Positions 24,420-36,366 of a stretch of 64,000 nt of DNA are shown here, in pieces. Source of the DNA: Octopus bimaculoides (Eukaryota); NCBI RefSeq assembly GCF_001194135.2, contig NC_068982.1:149004360-149068359 (forward strand), given 5' to 3'. A model generated the notes under the pieces. It saw only the letters and a list, made by a program, of their open reading frames with translations, made no database searches and was not told the DNA's origin. A program made the translations under genes and the position numbers. The first letter of the stretch is position 1; each line of letters opens with the position of its first letter.

Positions 24420-24900
24420 ATACCTATAGATGATATTACACGTAAAATCAGCAGCAACATTTCCAAAATGCCATTGATAGATTACGTTCCATGGAGCACA
24501 ATGGTGTTGGCAAAATAATATACTGTGCCATACATTGGAAAAAATGCTCTAAAACAAATATAGAAAATATTTCTAATGTTGAGTTCATTCATACGTTTTA
24601 ACACAAGGAATATTGGTTGAACATTTCCATCAAAATGTCTGTCAATAGAAATAGTTGTTTGGTGCAGAAAACAAGAATGATATACTGTTATAGAAGTCAG
24701 CTATACAGTGAATGTCAACATTTCTTTCAAAATCAATGAGGAAGAGAATATTTATGGAAAACTTCTGTAAACCCTAAGAGCTTCTCTATACAGATTATAA
24801 ATTTACATATGCAGTCATCATCATTGGTGGCTTTGGTTATGTTAAAAAATGTCAAAGTTGTGACATTGAAAAGCTGTGATTTCAACTAAAATTAGTAAGT
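24420..24900 (+). mobile_element. R4-clade LINE 3' fragment
   Basis: Translates HNGVGKIIYCAI...HKEYWLNISIK...VIEVSYTVNVNISFKINEEENIYGKLL...DYKFTYAVIIIGGFGYV; aligns by eye with 31590-32000. Confidence 0.65.
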
Positions 24901-25161
24901 TGAAGAGTAGAAATATATAAGTAGTTTCTGAAATTCAGCATGTACTCCCCCACTTTTATTGTTAAGTTCCAGCGGATGGGATTGGTTTCTCAACCAGGAA
25001 CTAATCCATTTTTTTAGGAGGGATTCAAAAACACTGAAAGCAACCTCTTTCTTAGTTTTGTTTCATATCTGCCCTCAACCACCCACCACCTTTGTTCACC
25101 ACTCACTGCATTCACTCTATGTGCCCCTGACATCCTCCACCCCTATCACTATGCATCCCTT

Positions 25162-25224
<63 letters not shown>

Positions 25225-25519
25225 TTCTCCACCCCACACTGTTGCAGCTTTTACCCTCCCTCCCCTCTCACCATCTCCCTTTCTTTCATTCTTACCCTTT
25301 CTAGAGCTATGGTATAATTCTGCAGCTCTTTACCCCTCTACACTGTCACTCATCCCCTCTTCTCCCCTGGACCAATTCTAATCACATCAACCCTTCATTC
25401 TTATCACTTTTATCTCAGCTCATATTTACCATTGACCACTTTTCTACCCTTGTTCACAATTAACTGCATTCACTCCTACCTCCATCTCTAACCATCTCAC
25501 ACTTGGACCTTAGTTCGTG

Positions 25520-26300
25520 GGACAAGTCACTAGGATCTCAAAGAACAGGATTGAATACAACAAAGCTTTCAAAACATAATCTTGACATATTAGCACTATG
25601 TGAAATTTGCTTTGTAGAAGAAGGCAAACTTATGGAAAGCAGACAAACTTTCAATTGTTGTTCTTAATGGAATATTAATGAGCACAGAGGAGCTAGCTTA
25701 GGCTTGTAATTACAAATGACATTGTAAAAGAACATGTCAGAGCTAAAAGAAATGAAAACAAGGGACTACTTCCATAAAATGAAAATGTAAGAATTATCAG
25801 CAATTATTCCCTTACAAGAATAAAGTCTGAAGATACTAAAAAGAAACCCTTTGAAAACATGGACTCTCTTGTCAAATTTGTCACATCTAGAATGGTATTT
25901 ATCTTTGGAAATTTTCAGGCAAGAGTTGATTAGAATTATGACATCTGAATGGGAGTAATAGGCAAGCATTGACTCAGAAGTTTAATAGTTATGGATTTTT
26001 ACTCCTGGACTATTGTGCTTAGATCAGTTTGATTATTTTGTATATCTTGTTCTGTTTTCTTACACATTATAAATTATATGGATGCACCATCACTCATGGT
26101 TGTTGATTTTATTTGTATCATCATTACCAAAAATAAGGATGGCAATAATACTGATCTCATTGTTAGACTGCTCAAAGACTGCTCATTTGAATACTTAAAG
26201 TTGTAACTATTGTGAAAAGAAATTCAGAAGACAAGACCATAAGAAAATTTAAGTGTTTTAAAACTAAAGGTTGTGAAATAATGATTCTCATCTACAAAAA
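25520..26300 (+). mobile_element. RTE-type LINE AP-endonuclease remnant
   Basis: LSKHNLDILALCEICFVEEGKL...IFGNFQARV...GFLLLDYCA...WMH, degenerate with stops. Confidence 0.6.
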
Positions 26301-27269
26301 GTGAGATAGAAAACTAAAAAGAAAATGTTAAACTTAAAAAAATTTAGTGTTGATACAAGTGTCGATACAAGTACAGTATATCGAAGGCAGCCTTCGATAT
26401 ACTGAATAAAAATACACAGAAACAATGATTAGTCTGAAAAAATGAACAATGAAAACATAGAACCCTCGTTAACCAAAAGAATAAATTGTTTCTTATTCTA
26501 ATTCATGCGGTTGTTTCAGAGGATGTCTCCTAATGGAGACTAACAAAATCGTACACAAGTCCAGTTTAGACATTCAAAGATGTGGGTAGAGTAAAATAGC
26601 CATTTATGTATCTTATTTAATGTATATGCACTGTCAATAGGCTAGTTACTGCAGTATTTGTCCCAAGATAATATGTGTTATGGATTTGTTGTATAAAAAT
26701 CACATTGAGTATTAGGTAAAGACAAGGCCTTGTCCCAGCAGCAGCAGCCAACAATAATATCAGGTACATTTCAACCTTTTTAAGGTCACATACTCAGATA
26801 GGAATTTTTTGTCTCTGATATAAGAAGAGGTGATTAAAATATTTGCTGATTTTCCAAATAGCTGCCTGGCTGATTAAATATCTGGTATATGAAATTGAAA
26901 GAGTGTTTAATTAAAACAGCCTTCTATAATCATGCTTAATGTATACACAATGTTGATAGTGCCAAATTCATTTCAGTTTATAGGAAATCCATGAGAGATG
27001 TTATCGCAAAATAAGTACTGCAGTAACTGGCCTATTGAGTATGTGTATATATTAAATATGATATAAGGATGGCTATTTTAATCAAACACTGCTTTGATTG
27101 CATATTCCAGGAAACAAAAATAGAGATAGGAGGAGCAATAAAATTTTTGTTAATGTCTGAAAGAATTATACAGCATCATCCTTTGGGATGATTATCTTTG
27201 TTAAATTCAAACAGCAGCATTGAAATTTTTTAAAGTAAAGTTAGAAAATTCTGAACAATTTAGCTGAAC

Positions 27270-27620
27270 ACTTTCAAAACATTTTCAATAATAAATCCAC
27301 AATAAAGAAGCAATTGATGTAGATCTATCTGATCCACCTAACTCTTTTGAAGCCATTGATGCAACTAAATAGCTTCCAAATAATAAACACTCAGGTGCAG
27401 ATGTTATCCAAGTTAGAATTTACAAAGCTGGCTCTCATATTGATTGACAAATTTCTTAAATTGTTTAATCTTATATGGCAGAAGGAAGGTGCCCCACAAG
27501 ACTTGAAAGATGCTTCAAACAATCAGTTTTAGATGTATAAGGGTAACAGGCATGTGACATATCACTGTGGTATTTTCCCTTTATCAATATTTGGCTAAAT
27601 CATTAGGGCATCAGTAAAAA
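27270..27620 (+). mobile_element. RTE-type LINE pre-RT/RT remnant
   Basis: LKLFNLIWQKEGAPQDLKDAS...KGNR...HCGIFPLSIFG, similar to the RTE VPQDFKDA...KGNR...NHRGISLLS motif. Confidence 0.6.
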
Positions 27621-27624
27621 TGGC

Positions 27625-28112
27625 TTGTGGCATTTGTTCTGGCTCTTTATGTTCTGAGTTCAAATCACATTAAGGTCAAATCTATCTTATATTCCTTTTT
27701 GGTCAATAGAATTAAGTAGTATCTAAATATTCTTTTCTATTCTAGGCATAAGGCCTGAAATTTTTGTGGGGAGATGGCAATCAATTAGATCGACCCCAGT
27801 ACATAACAGGTACTTAATTTATCGACTCCGAAAGGATGAAAGGCAAAGTCGACCTTGGTGGAATTTGAACTTAGAACGTAAAGACAGACAAAATACTGCT
27901 ATGCATTTAGCCCAGCATGCTAACGTTTCTGCTAGCTTACTGCCTTAAGTATTATCTAAATATTCTTTTCTACTCTAAGCACAAGGCCCAAAATTTTGGG
28001 GTGGGGGGTCAGGTGATTAGATCGACCCCAGAATGCAACTGGTACCTAATTTATCGACCCTGAAAGGATGAAAGGTGAAGTCGACCTTGGCGGAATTTGA
28101 ATTCAGAATGTA
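27625..28112. mobile_element. Three SINE family B copies (one plus fragment, two tandem minus copies)
   Basis: Cores GAAAGGATGAAAGGCAAAGTCGACC twice; the motif TATCTAAATATT occurs three times at the junctions. Confidence 0.8.
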
Positions 28113-28184
28113 GTATTATCTAAATATTGAAGTCATTATAATCAGCTAATACCTTCACTGCAAAAAAAATTTCTGGTCTCGTAC

Positions 28185-28302
28185 CTAAACTAGAAATGAT
28201 ATTTGGCAATAACTTGGCCAATGTCCAAGAGAAGTCTTTACAGGAATTGAGAATATAAGTTACAGGTAAACGCATAAAGCATAAGACAAAATAAACTGCA
28301 TG
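28185..28302 (-). CDS. Low-confidence candidate internal exon (118 nt)
   Basis: Long T-rich acceptor ...ttttttgttttaaag, donor TAG/gtacga; open as HAVYFVLCFMRLPVTYILNSCKDFSWTLAKLLPNIISSL. Confidence 0.18.
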
Positions 28303-28589
28303 CTTTAAAACAAAAAACAAACATACAAACGAACAAGCTAGGCTAAATAAAATTGATATGACTAGTATCAGATTGGTAGAATTAGTAAAGCATCTACTAA
28401 AAAGCCTGATATTAAGCTAAAGTTTGTTTTTACGGTCTGAGTTGAAATTCTATGATTGTTATCTTTGCTTTTTAGTCTTTTCAAAATAAAGCATCAGTCA
28501 AATCAATAATTCGATTTAATATTGTTGTAGAAATTACAATAGAAGATTACATGTAGTCAATAACACATAATGTAGTCAACAATACTGGT

Positions 28590-28810
28590 TTAAAAATTTT
28601 GGCGCAAGGCCTGCAATTTCAAGGAATGGAGCAAGTAGATTACATCGGCTCTAGTACACAACTCGTATATATTTTATCAATTCCAAAAGAATGGAGGACA
28701 AAGTTGACCCTGGTGGAATTTGAACTCAGTAAGTTAAGTCAAAAGAAATGCTCTAAATATTTTTTGCCAAGTGTGCTAACAATTTTGCCAGCTCACCACC
28801 TTAACAACTT
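28590..28810 (-). mobile_element. Degenerate SINE family B
   Basis: TTTTGGCGCAAGGCC...AAAGTTGACCCTGGTGGAATTTGAACTCAG...GCCAGCTCACCACCTT. Confidence 0.6.
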
Positions 28811-29219
28811 CACTAATGTATATGTGTGTGGTATAGATATATGTGTTTGTGTGTGTTTGGGTGTATGTGTAAGCATACATGCAAACACACACAAATACAC
28901 ACACATAAGGCAACAGGTAATGGTTAAGAGGTTTGTTTGACATTTCTGAGTTCAATCCAATTGAAATATATGCTGAGAAATAATCTACTATCCTATCCTT
29001 CAATCAACAAAAGTCTTGTAAGTGAAATTTGGCAAATGGAAACTGTGAAGGAGTCTTTTAGGACTGTTCCTGCTTTTGGCAAGCATTTGGCTCTCTTTAC
29101 TGAAGTTCTCATAGTTATAAGCATTTGAACCAAGTCTTCAGTCTGAGAATAATTCTCACCCATCATATGGATGGCAAAAGGAAACAAAAGAATGAATCCT
29201 TTCAGCCCCCACCCCCACT

Positions 29220-29320
29220 CTCTCTCTCTCTGTATTCCTCTCCCTCTCTCTCTCTGTATTCCTCTCCCTCTCTCTCTCTGTATTCCTCTCCCTCTCTCTC
29301 TCTGTATTTCTCTCCCTCTC
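29220..29320. repeat. 24-bp pyrimidine minisatellite, 4 units
   Basis: Unit CTCTCTCTCTCTGTATTCCTCTCC. Confidence 0.85.
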
Positions 29321-29949
29321 TCTCTCTCTTTTTACCTATCTGTCTGTCTCTCTGTCTTTCTCTTCGTCCATTCATCCATCAAACCATCTATCCACCTATC
29401 TATCTCACTAACACTTTGATTTAAAAATCATTGATTGAAAAAAAAAAACATACGCTTTCTGGTTTAAAATACTTATCTGATTTCCATAGATAATTGGAAC
29501 TGGCCCAAAATTTTAAGTCACTCTCAATACTATTGTTAAAGAATTATATATATTTGTACTCTGCAAAAGTATTGAATAATTCTTTAGTTTCATGTACAAT
29601 TGTCTTTATTATTACTTAACATAGAAATAAACATTAACCCATGTCAGCAGGGAAAGCAGATGTTAATGGTGATGATGATGATGATGACGACGACGACGAC
29701 GATGACGATGATAATGATGATGATGACGACGATGATATAGGTGTGTGTGTGTGTGTGTATACCTGCACACACACACACACACACATATGCATATATATGT
29801 TCAAACACAAATATATATGGATACATACATGCACACACATGCACATGTACACACATATATATAGATGTGTGTGAGTGTGTCTGTTTGTCTGTCTGTGTAC
29901 ATCATACATACAAATATACATACAATACTGATGAGCTGGCAAGCAGAAC

Positions 29950-32150
29950 AAAGGGTGAATAGAGATGTGTCAAAAACTTCTTTTTATGAATAAAGATGTA
30001 CTATCTAAAGTAGGAAAATATCACAGGAATCTTGTGACAGTATGGCTCAATGATAGGAAAATGATTGACCCTATTCCCCATACACGGTACTCAAAATTTT
30101 GTACTCAGCAAGAATACTTGCTGCCTTAGTGGCTGACATTGAGAGGTTCACAAGAACCTGGGCAATAACCCTCACTCTTATAATTGAGAGCAGGACTATC
30201 ATCTCTGATATTATAAATACTTCAGCAAAAAAACTCCAAAAAGATAGTCTTTCTATAATTTTGTTTATTTTGGCAGTTAATCCATTATTGTTTTTGTAAC
30301 AAAAATCCTAGGTGCACATGTTAGGGTCTAAAACTGCGTGAGATATCAATGTAACCCATAATTTCTTTGTGTATGACCTGAAGATAAAAATGTTTACCAT
30401 GCCAAAAAGCAGCTGGAGTTAATAACAACATTTTCTGCTGACATAGGAATGGAATTTGGCCAAGAGATACATTCATATTTAATTGCTGAATGTACAAAAT
30501 CAATTCCCCAAACACCAAACCTGCACATCAACGGTGACTCTATTTCTACTCTTCTTCACAAAGAATGCTACAAATCCTTAAGCATTGATGAAAATATATC
30601 ATACAAAAAGAGCTTTGAATAAAGATAGAGTGACCCAAGAATACTACACCAGATGCAGAAAAATATAGCTGCCAGAACACTCTTCTAACAACAAGACGAT
30701 ATCCTGCAAAACATTTGCAATACCCATACTGACTCTAACATTTGGGATGCTTGACTGGTCTGTAAAGGGAATTAATTTCATAGATATTAAAACCCACTAG
30801 ACCCTAACATCAACAGGAAACTTCCACAGAAACTGGGATATCAGCAGACTCTACTTAAGAAGTAATTGAAGAAGGTTGAGCCTTGAGATCAGTGTTGGCA
30901 GCCTTCGAGTGTCGTATAGTATTTCTCACAGCAGATGCTAAACAACAGCAGCAAAAATTCGTATATGCACTTACTGCTGAAGAGCTAAGGGAACAACATC
31001 CTATTTGCCAGCAGTGAGCTCCTCAGGAAGTATTCTCTTTCTGATGAACCTCCAGACAACCCCAAAATAGTTGGACTAATATATCCCAAAGAAAGCCTAA
31101 ATATGAAATAGCACACCAAAAAAGATGTTTCCTGGAGGTCTGAAGATGATACTAATAATAGTTTCAAATTTTGGTACAAGGCCAGTAATTTCAGGGGAAG
31201 GGATAGAGTGATTACATTGACCCAAGTGCTCAACTGATACTTATTTTATCGACCCTAAAATGATGAAAGGCAAAGTCAACCCCAGCAGAATTTGAACTCA
31301 GAACGTAAAGACAGACAAAATGCTGATAAGCATTTCACCCAGAATGTTGCCTTGAAGATGACATTAATATTTACATAAAAGTTCAATTTCTCTTGAACTC
31401 ATGATTGCTACATCACATCACACTTCAAAGACTATGCATTTGCCATCCAAGAACAAAGAAAACTACAAAATATCTAATAAGCAAAAAAGACAGTGAAACC
31501 AATGGAGAATAAGATATAATCAGAAATGTTGAGTATGTCACATTTCTGTTGAAGATATCATACCAAATGTCATCATGGTACTACTAATATGACATGATGT
31601 TGTCACTGAAACAATATACAATGCCATCTAAAAACAAGACTGTTTGGGGATAAATATAGAGAATCTCCCTTTTATTGAATACATAAGCATCAACACAAGG
31701 AATATTTGTGGAAGATTCCCATAAAATCACTTACCAAGTGCAAACATAATAGGCCGGATACAGTTGTTTGGGACAGACAAGTAAAAGTATGTACTGTCAT
31801 AGAGGTCAGCTGCTCTGCTGATGTGAATATCTCTTCAAAAATCAAAGAAAGATGATAACATGGACAGCTGCTTTAAAACTTGCAGCTTCTATATTTCAGA
31901 TTATAAATTCACATTAATTCCAATAATAATTGGTGCACTTGGTTTTGTGAGTAAATGCATGAGTGACTATTTTGAAAAGCTAGGTTTTCAGATAAAGGAA
32001 TCATCCAGCTACCATAAACAGTGTAAATACAATCTGTTAGATGCACAGTCAAAATATGCAAGACTTTTCTCAAGTTCAAATTATGACATTGTTTTTGTTA
32101 TCTGCATTCCACAGATGAAGCTTATCGTTGTTAGAAACTTCAAATAATTA
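29950..32150 (+). mobile_element. Decayed 5'-truncated R4-clade (RLE) LINE: RT, CCHC knuckle, endonuclease
   Basis: NLVTVW...DPIPHT...KKLQKDSLSIILFILAVNPL (QGDSLS-like), THNFFVYDLK (YxDD-like), KHNRPDTVVWDRQVKVCTVIEVSCSADVNI, DYKFTLIPIIIGALGFV; ends in a (CATA)n tract. Confidence 0.85.
31150..31350 (-). mobile_element. SINE family B nested in the LINE
   Basis: TTTTGGTACAAGGCCAG...GATGAAAGGCAAAGTCAACCCCAGCAGAATTTGAACTCAGAACGTAAAG. Confidence 0.75.
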
Positions 32151-33357
32151 AAAACAGAAAAAAACATACACACACACATGCATGCATTCATACATACATA
32201 CACACATACATACATACATGTGTGAATAAAAGTTTGTTACTGAGAGAAATAATGACTTGTTATAAACATTGTGGATAAATTATATATTGAAGAATTAAGA
32301 TGTACACTTCTTCCAGTTCAGATATTTCTATGAACAATTGGTATAATTGTCTTATGGCAGGATGCCCTTCTTAGTTGCAATTACTCAGCCATGAATAGGA
32401 GAATAGTGTTTTCAGTAACATCACTACATATCTCCATTTCCATAAAACATGTGTTTAAAGAAGACACTAATCCTATATGATGGTCCAAAGTTATTTTCAT
32501 TTCTAAAACTTTATTTTCTGATTCAAATGTTTTCATGCATTTTCCTTCCTCCAATTACTGACATTTCTGAAGTAACTGTTACCAATGTTGATGATAATTA
32601 TAGTACTTTCTGAGTCTGACTGTGTTTGAGATGATGGTTTTGTACAAATGGAGAAAGGGAGGAAAATCTCCATTGTTATTCTGCCAATAATCTTCCATTG
32701 CAAGAAGATGCGAAGCCAGAGGTGAAAATTGATAAATCAGTTTTGCTAGATTCTTTACAGATAACTGTAATAAAAGTTACTTACTGAGTGAAACATTTCA
32801 TTTTTATCATGATCTATGCAAGCTGTTCAAGTTTTTCAGAAGTTAATGACCTTTGACGACACAAAACTGTTAAGGAGGCTTTTGGCTTTCCATTATATAA
32901 CATTTAAAGTACTAAGAATACTGCAGTACAAACTAAACAAACGAATAGGTGAATTGAAGAAGTAAATAAATATATTTAACAATAAATCAATAAAGATATA
33001 AATAAAGAGATAATGGCTGAGATAAGTCATACATAACAGGTAAATTATTTCTGCTCCCTGGACAATTTGGCTATAAAGAGAGGATTTTTTACATTAATAT
33101 TGGCTATAAACTCTTGGTGGCAGATAGGACAGAGGTCAGATATATAACCCAATGTTAATTCCCAGTAGAATTCACTCCTGTAATAATACTCTTTTGAAAT
33201 GCATTAACGCCTACAATATTCCTCTTAAATTTTCCTAAAAAATAGTGGGACTTTGATCTATTATTAACTTTGACAGACACATCCTTCAAATATTTGGAAA
33301 TATACTGAAATTTAAAATATAGTATTATAATTTACAGCTGAACACTGCCACTGGCAT

Positions 33358-33883
33358 CAGCGAGCTGATCAATATTGTTGTCTTTAAGGTTTTCTAATTA
33401 TCCACAGTTTTGGGGAGTGATATTCAGAATGACTTTACCATATTTCTGATGAGATGGGTAAATGTAGACTATAAGAAGTCAAAACTAGATTTTTTTTCTG
33501 TTTTGCTCTGCAGATTGCAACTGCCATTGTTAAACCTTACAATTTTATTCTTACTACTCACACAACATTGGAACACCCTGACTGCACTTTTAAGGTGGGT
33601 CCATATACAACATGTGTCAACATAATTTAGATATTGAAAGACCCACTTACACTAACCTGAACAGGTTAGTTACTCAGGTTCTCAGTTCTCTCACAGAATC
33701 TCTGTATTTTGATGGGACTTTAAATCACAAAACTCACTGAGCAAAACATCAATGTACAACCTTTCAGTTTTGTTTCTGATTTCAAGCTAATGAAGAACCA
33801 TATCTAAGAATTTGCTTTCCTCTTGTTACATATTCTCCTATTTTCCAGCAGGGAAACTCCACTATGAATAACTGACAGTTTCA
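33358..33883 (+). pseudogene. TUBA: Alpha-tubulin pseudogene fragment, no introns over this span
   Basis: Colinear motifs [110 protein letters not shown]; stops and frameshifts. Confidence 0.88.
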
Positions 33884-34399
33884 ATATTATTCTTTTAGTC
33901 AATGACTAAATAAATAACTTGTTGCAGTTGCTCCTCTGCTTATTGATATCAGTGACAGGTTTCTAAATTTCCTGTAAATTCTGTAGGCTATGTTTATTTA
34001 TGCCAATGTGCCTCTCTGTTAGCTGTGGAGTTTGAGTCATACAGAATCCAAGCATTGATAATATTGACATTGGAAGTTCTGAAGTTGAATTTTGTTAATT
34101 TTTGATCATGGCTTTGACAAAGATCTCAATAAATTGTACACAAATGCTTCCATATAAACTTTCATCAATTAGATGGGAGGTAATATTTCCCATGGTCAGA
34201 CAGGTTTTGTGGAAAATTAGATACAAACAACATTGCTCGTATAATGGTGATACTCATTTACAATCATCATGTGAAATCAACACAAACACACACACACATT
34301 ATATATATNNNNNNNNNNNNNNNNNNNNNNNNNNNNNNNNNNNNNNNNNNNNNNNNNNNNNNNNNNNNNNNNNNNNNNNNNNNNNNNNNNNNNNNNNNN

Positions 34400-34437
<38 letters not shown>

Positions 34438-35849
34438 TAGCATATGGTGGTTGTTGTCAATGAGTGTGTGCTGCCACACTGACCATACTATGACTAACAT
34501 TATTATTACTCAAATTAAGCATAGAAACTGTGTAGTTCTATTCCAAATGTGGGATCCAAAACGTAAATAATGTAAACTTAATTCCGTTAAGATACAGCTA
34601 TATGGCACTGAAGTAAACTGAATTAATAAATAATTCCCTATAAATTGTAAGCTTTCTTTAATAAGTCATAAACGTGCACACTGAGAAATAAGAAACCATA
34701 TAATTTTGCTTACTTAAATTACTTATATGTAAGCTCTAATCTTCTTCTTTGAGGTGTAAAATGTTTGATAACCTCATTTAAATAAAATGCCTAAGCATGC
34801 AACTAAGAAAATCACAAAATTCACTGTATATCAATGTACAACTGAAATCACAAAATTCACTGTACAACCTTTCAATTTTGTTTTTGATTTCTAAAAGTGC
34901 ATTATTAGTTTTGAAAACAAATTAAGATTAAAGTTATATGATGATATTGTAAGAAAAACATTATTGTAAAAACAATTAGTTTTTAGTCTAAGATTTTAAA
35001 TTATTTTAAATGTACAATTTCTTTCCACAAAAATGAACATGTGATTGTGCTGTCAAAACTGTCACACACTTTTCACCATTAATTTTTTGCCATTCTTCCA
35101 CTATCCTATGATGTGCCTAGTACCATATTATGATACAATGTACTGTGAGATGTGCAATGTTATTTCAAGACACCTGGCACCCAAATTTCAAGCAGGGCTT
35201 TAACAAAAGTTTTCCATTGTGATTTGTGATTAAATTCATGAGTAAGATCAATATTTATAATTAATTTGCCATTNNNNNNNNNNNNNNNNNNNNNNNNNNN
35301 NNNNNNNNNNNNNNNNNNNNNNNNNNNNNNNNNNNNNNNNNNNNNNNNNNNNNNNNNNNNNNNNNNNNNNNNNNNNNNNNNNNNNNNNNNNNNNNNNNNN
35401 NNNNNCGCATATATGCGCAATCTAAATTTTGTGCACGTTTACTATATACATATGTTCTTGCTTATTTTCTCTCTCTACTTCTTTCTTCCTATTCCCAGCC
35501 TTTCTCTCTTTTCTTCCTTTGCTATCTTTCTTTTTTTCCCTTTCTTTCTTTTTTTCTTTTTCTTTCTTTCTTCTTTTCTTTCCTTATGACAACTGCATTC
35601 CCCCGCCACCCCCTTTCCTATATTTAACGTTATTATAGATACGTTACTCTTTACCCCTCCACTCCATAGCTTAAGATACAATTTTCGTTACCAGCGCATA
35701 GGTTTTTTCATGCGCAACTTAAATGCGTGTGTGTGTATATGTGTGAAAATTTGTATTTATGTATATATCTGTGCCTTGTAAATATAGGCCTATATACGTA
35801 GATTGTCTGTGCGTATGCAACTGTGTATTTCGATGTATATGTTGGTCAT

Positions 35850-36085
35850 TTTTTTTTTATGAAAACCCTAGCTTATCCAAATTGTCACTAAGGTATTCAC
35901 TCACAAAACCAAGTCCACCAATAATAATTGGTATAAATGTGAATTATAATCTGGATATAGAAGCTGGAGGTTTCAGAACAATTGTCTCTAGTTTATATTC
36001 TTTCTCTTTGATTTTCAAAGAGATATTTACATCAACAAAACAGGTGACCTTTATGACGGTATATACATTTTCTTGTCTGTCCCGT
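35850..36085 (-). mobile_element. R4-clade LINE 3' fragment
   Basis: RQENVYTVIKVTCFVDVNISLKIKEKE...NLQLLYPDYKFTFIPIIIGGLGFVSEYLSDNLDKLGF (allowing indels). Confidence 0.7.
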
Positions 36086-36319
36086 AAATGTATGTATGTA
36101 TGTGTTGACTTCAGTTGGATAGTTGCAATAAAGAAGAGTAAATTTTAACTAAGTACAGTGTGCTACAGCACTCACTTACTTTGAGTCTAACATTCAGACA
36201 ATGTCTGTGTATTTTTTTAAAAACTTATATGTTTCATGTACTTATGGTTCTTAATTTTAATTCATGAACTTGGGTATTAATTTCATAATCAAAAAAGTTA
36301 GTGTCCATTAGACAATTAC

Positions 36320-36366
36320 CTTTGGTGGGGATCCAGGAGATATAAACTTCTTTTTTCCACTATAGT
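36320..36366 (-). CDS. Low-confidence candidate micro-exon (47 nt)
   Basis: Acceptor tttctatatctcttaaag, donor AAG/gtaatt; open as YSGKKKFISPGSPPK or TIVEKRSLYLLDPHQ. Confidence 0.2.

Noticed and set aside
24424-24548. Minus-strand exon candidate SIFSNVWHSILFCQHH...
   Set aside because: The plus strand of this interval is the zinc-knuckle/RH region of the R4 LINE, so the splice sites are coincidental.
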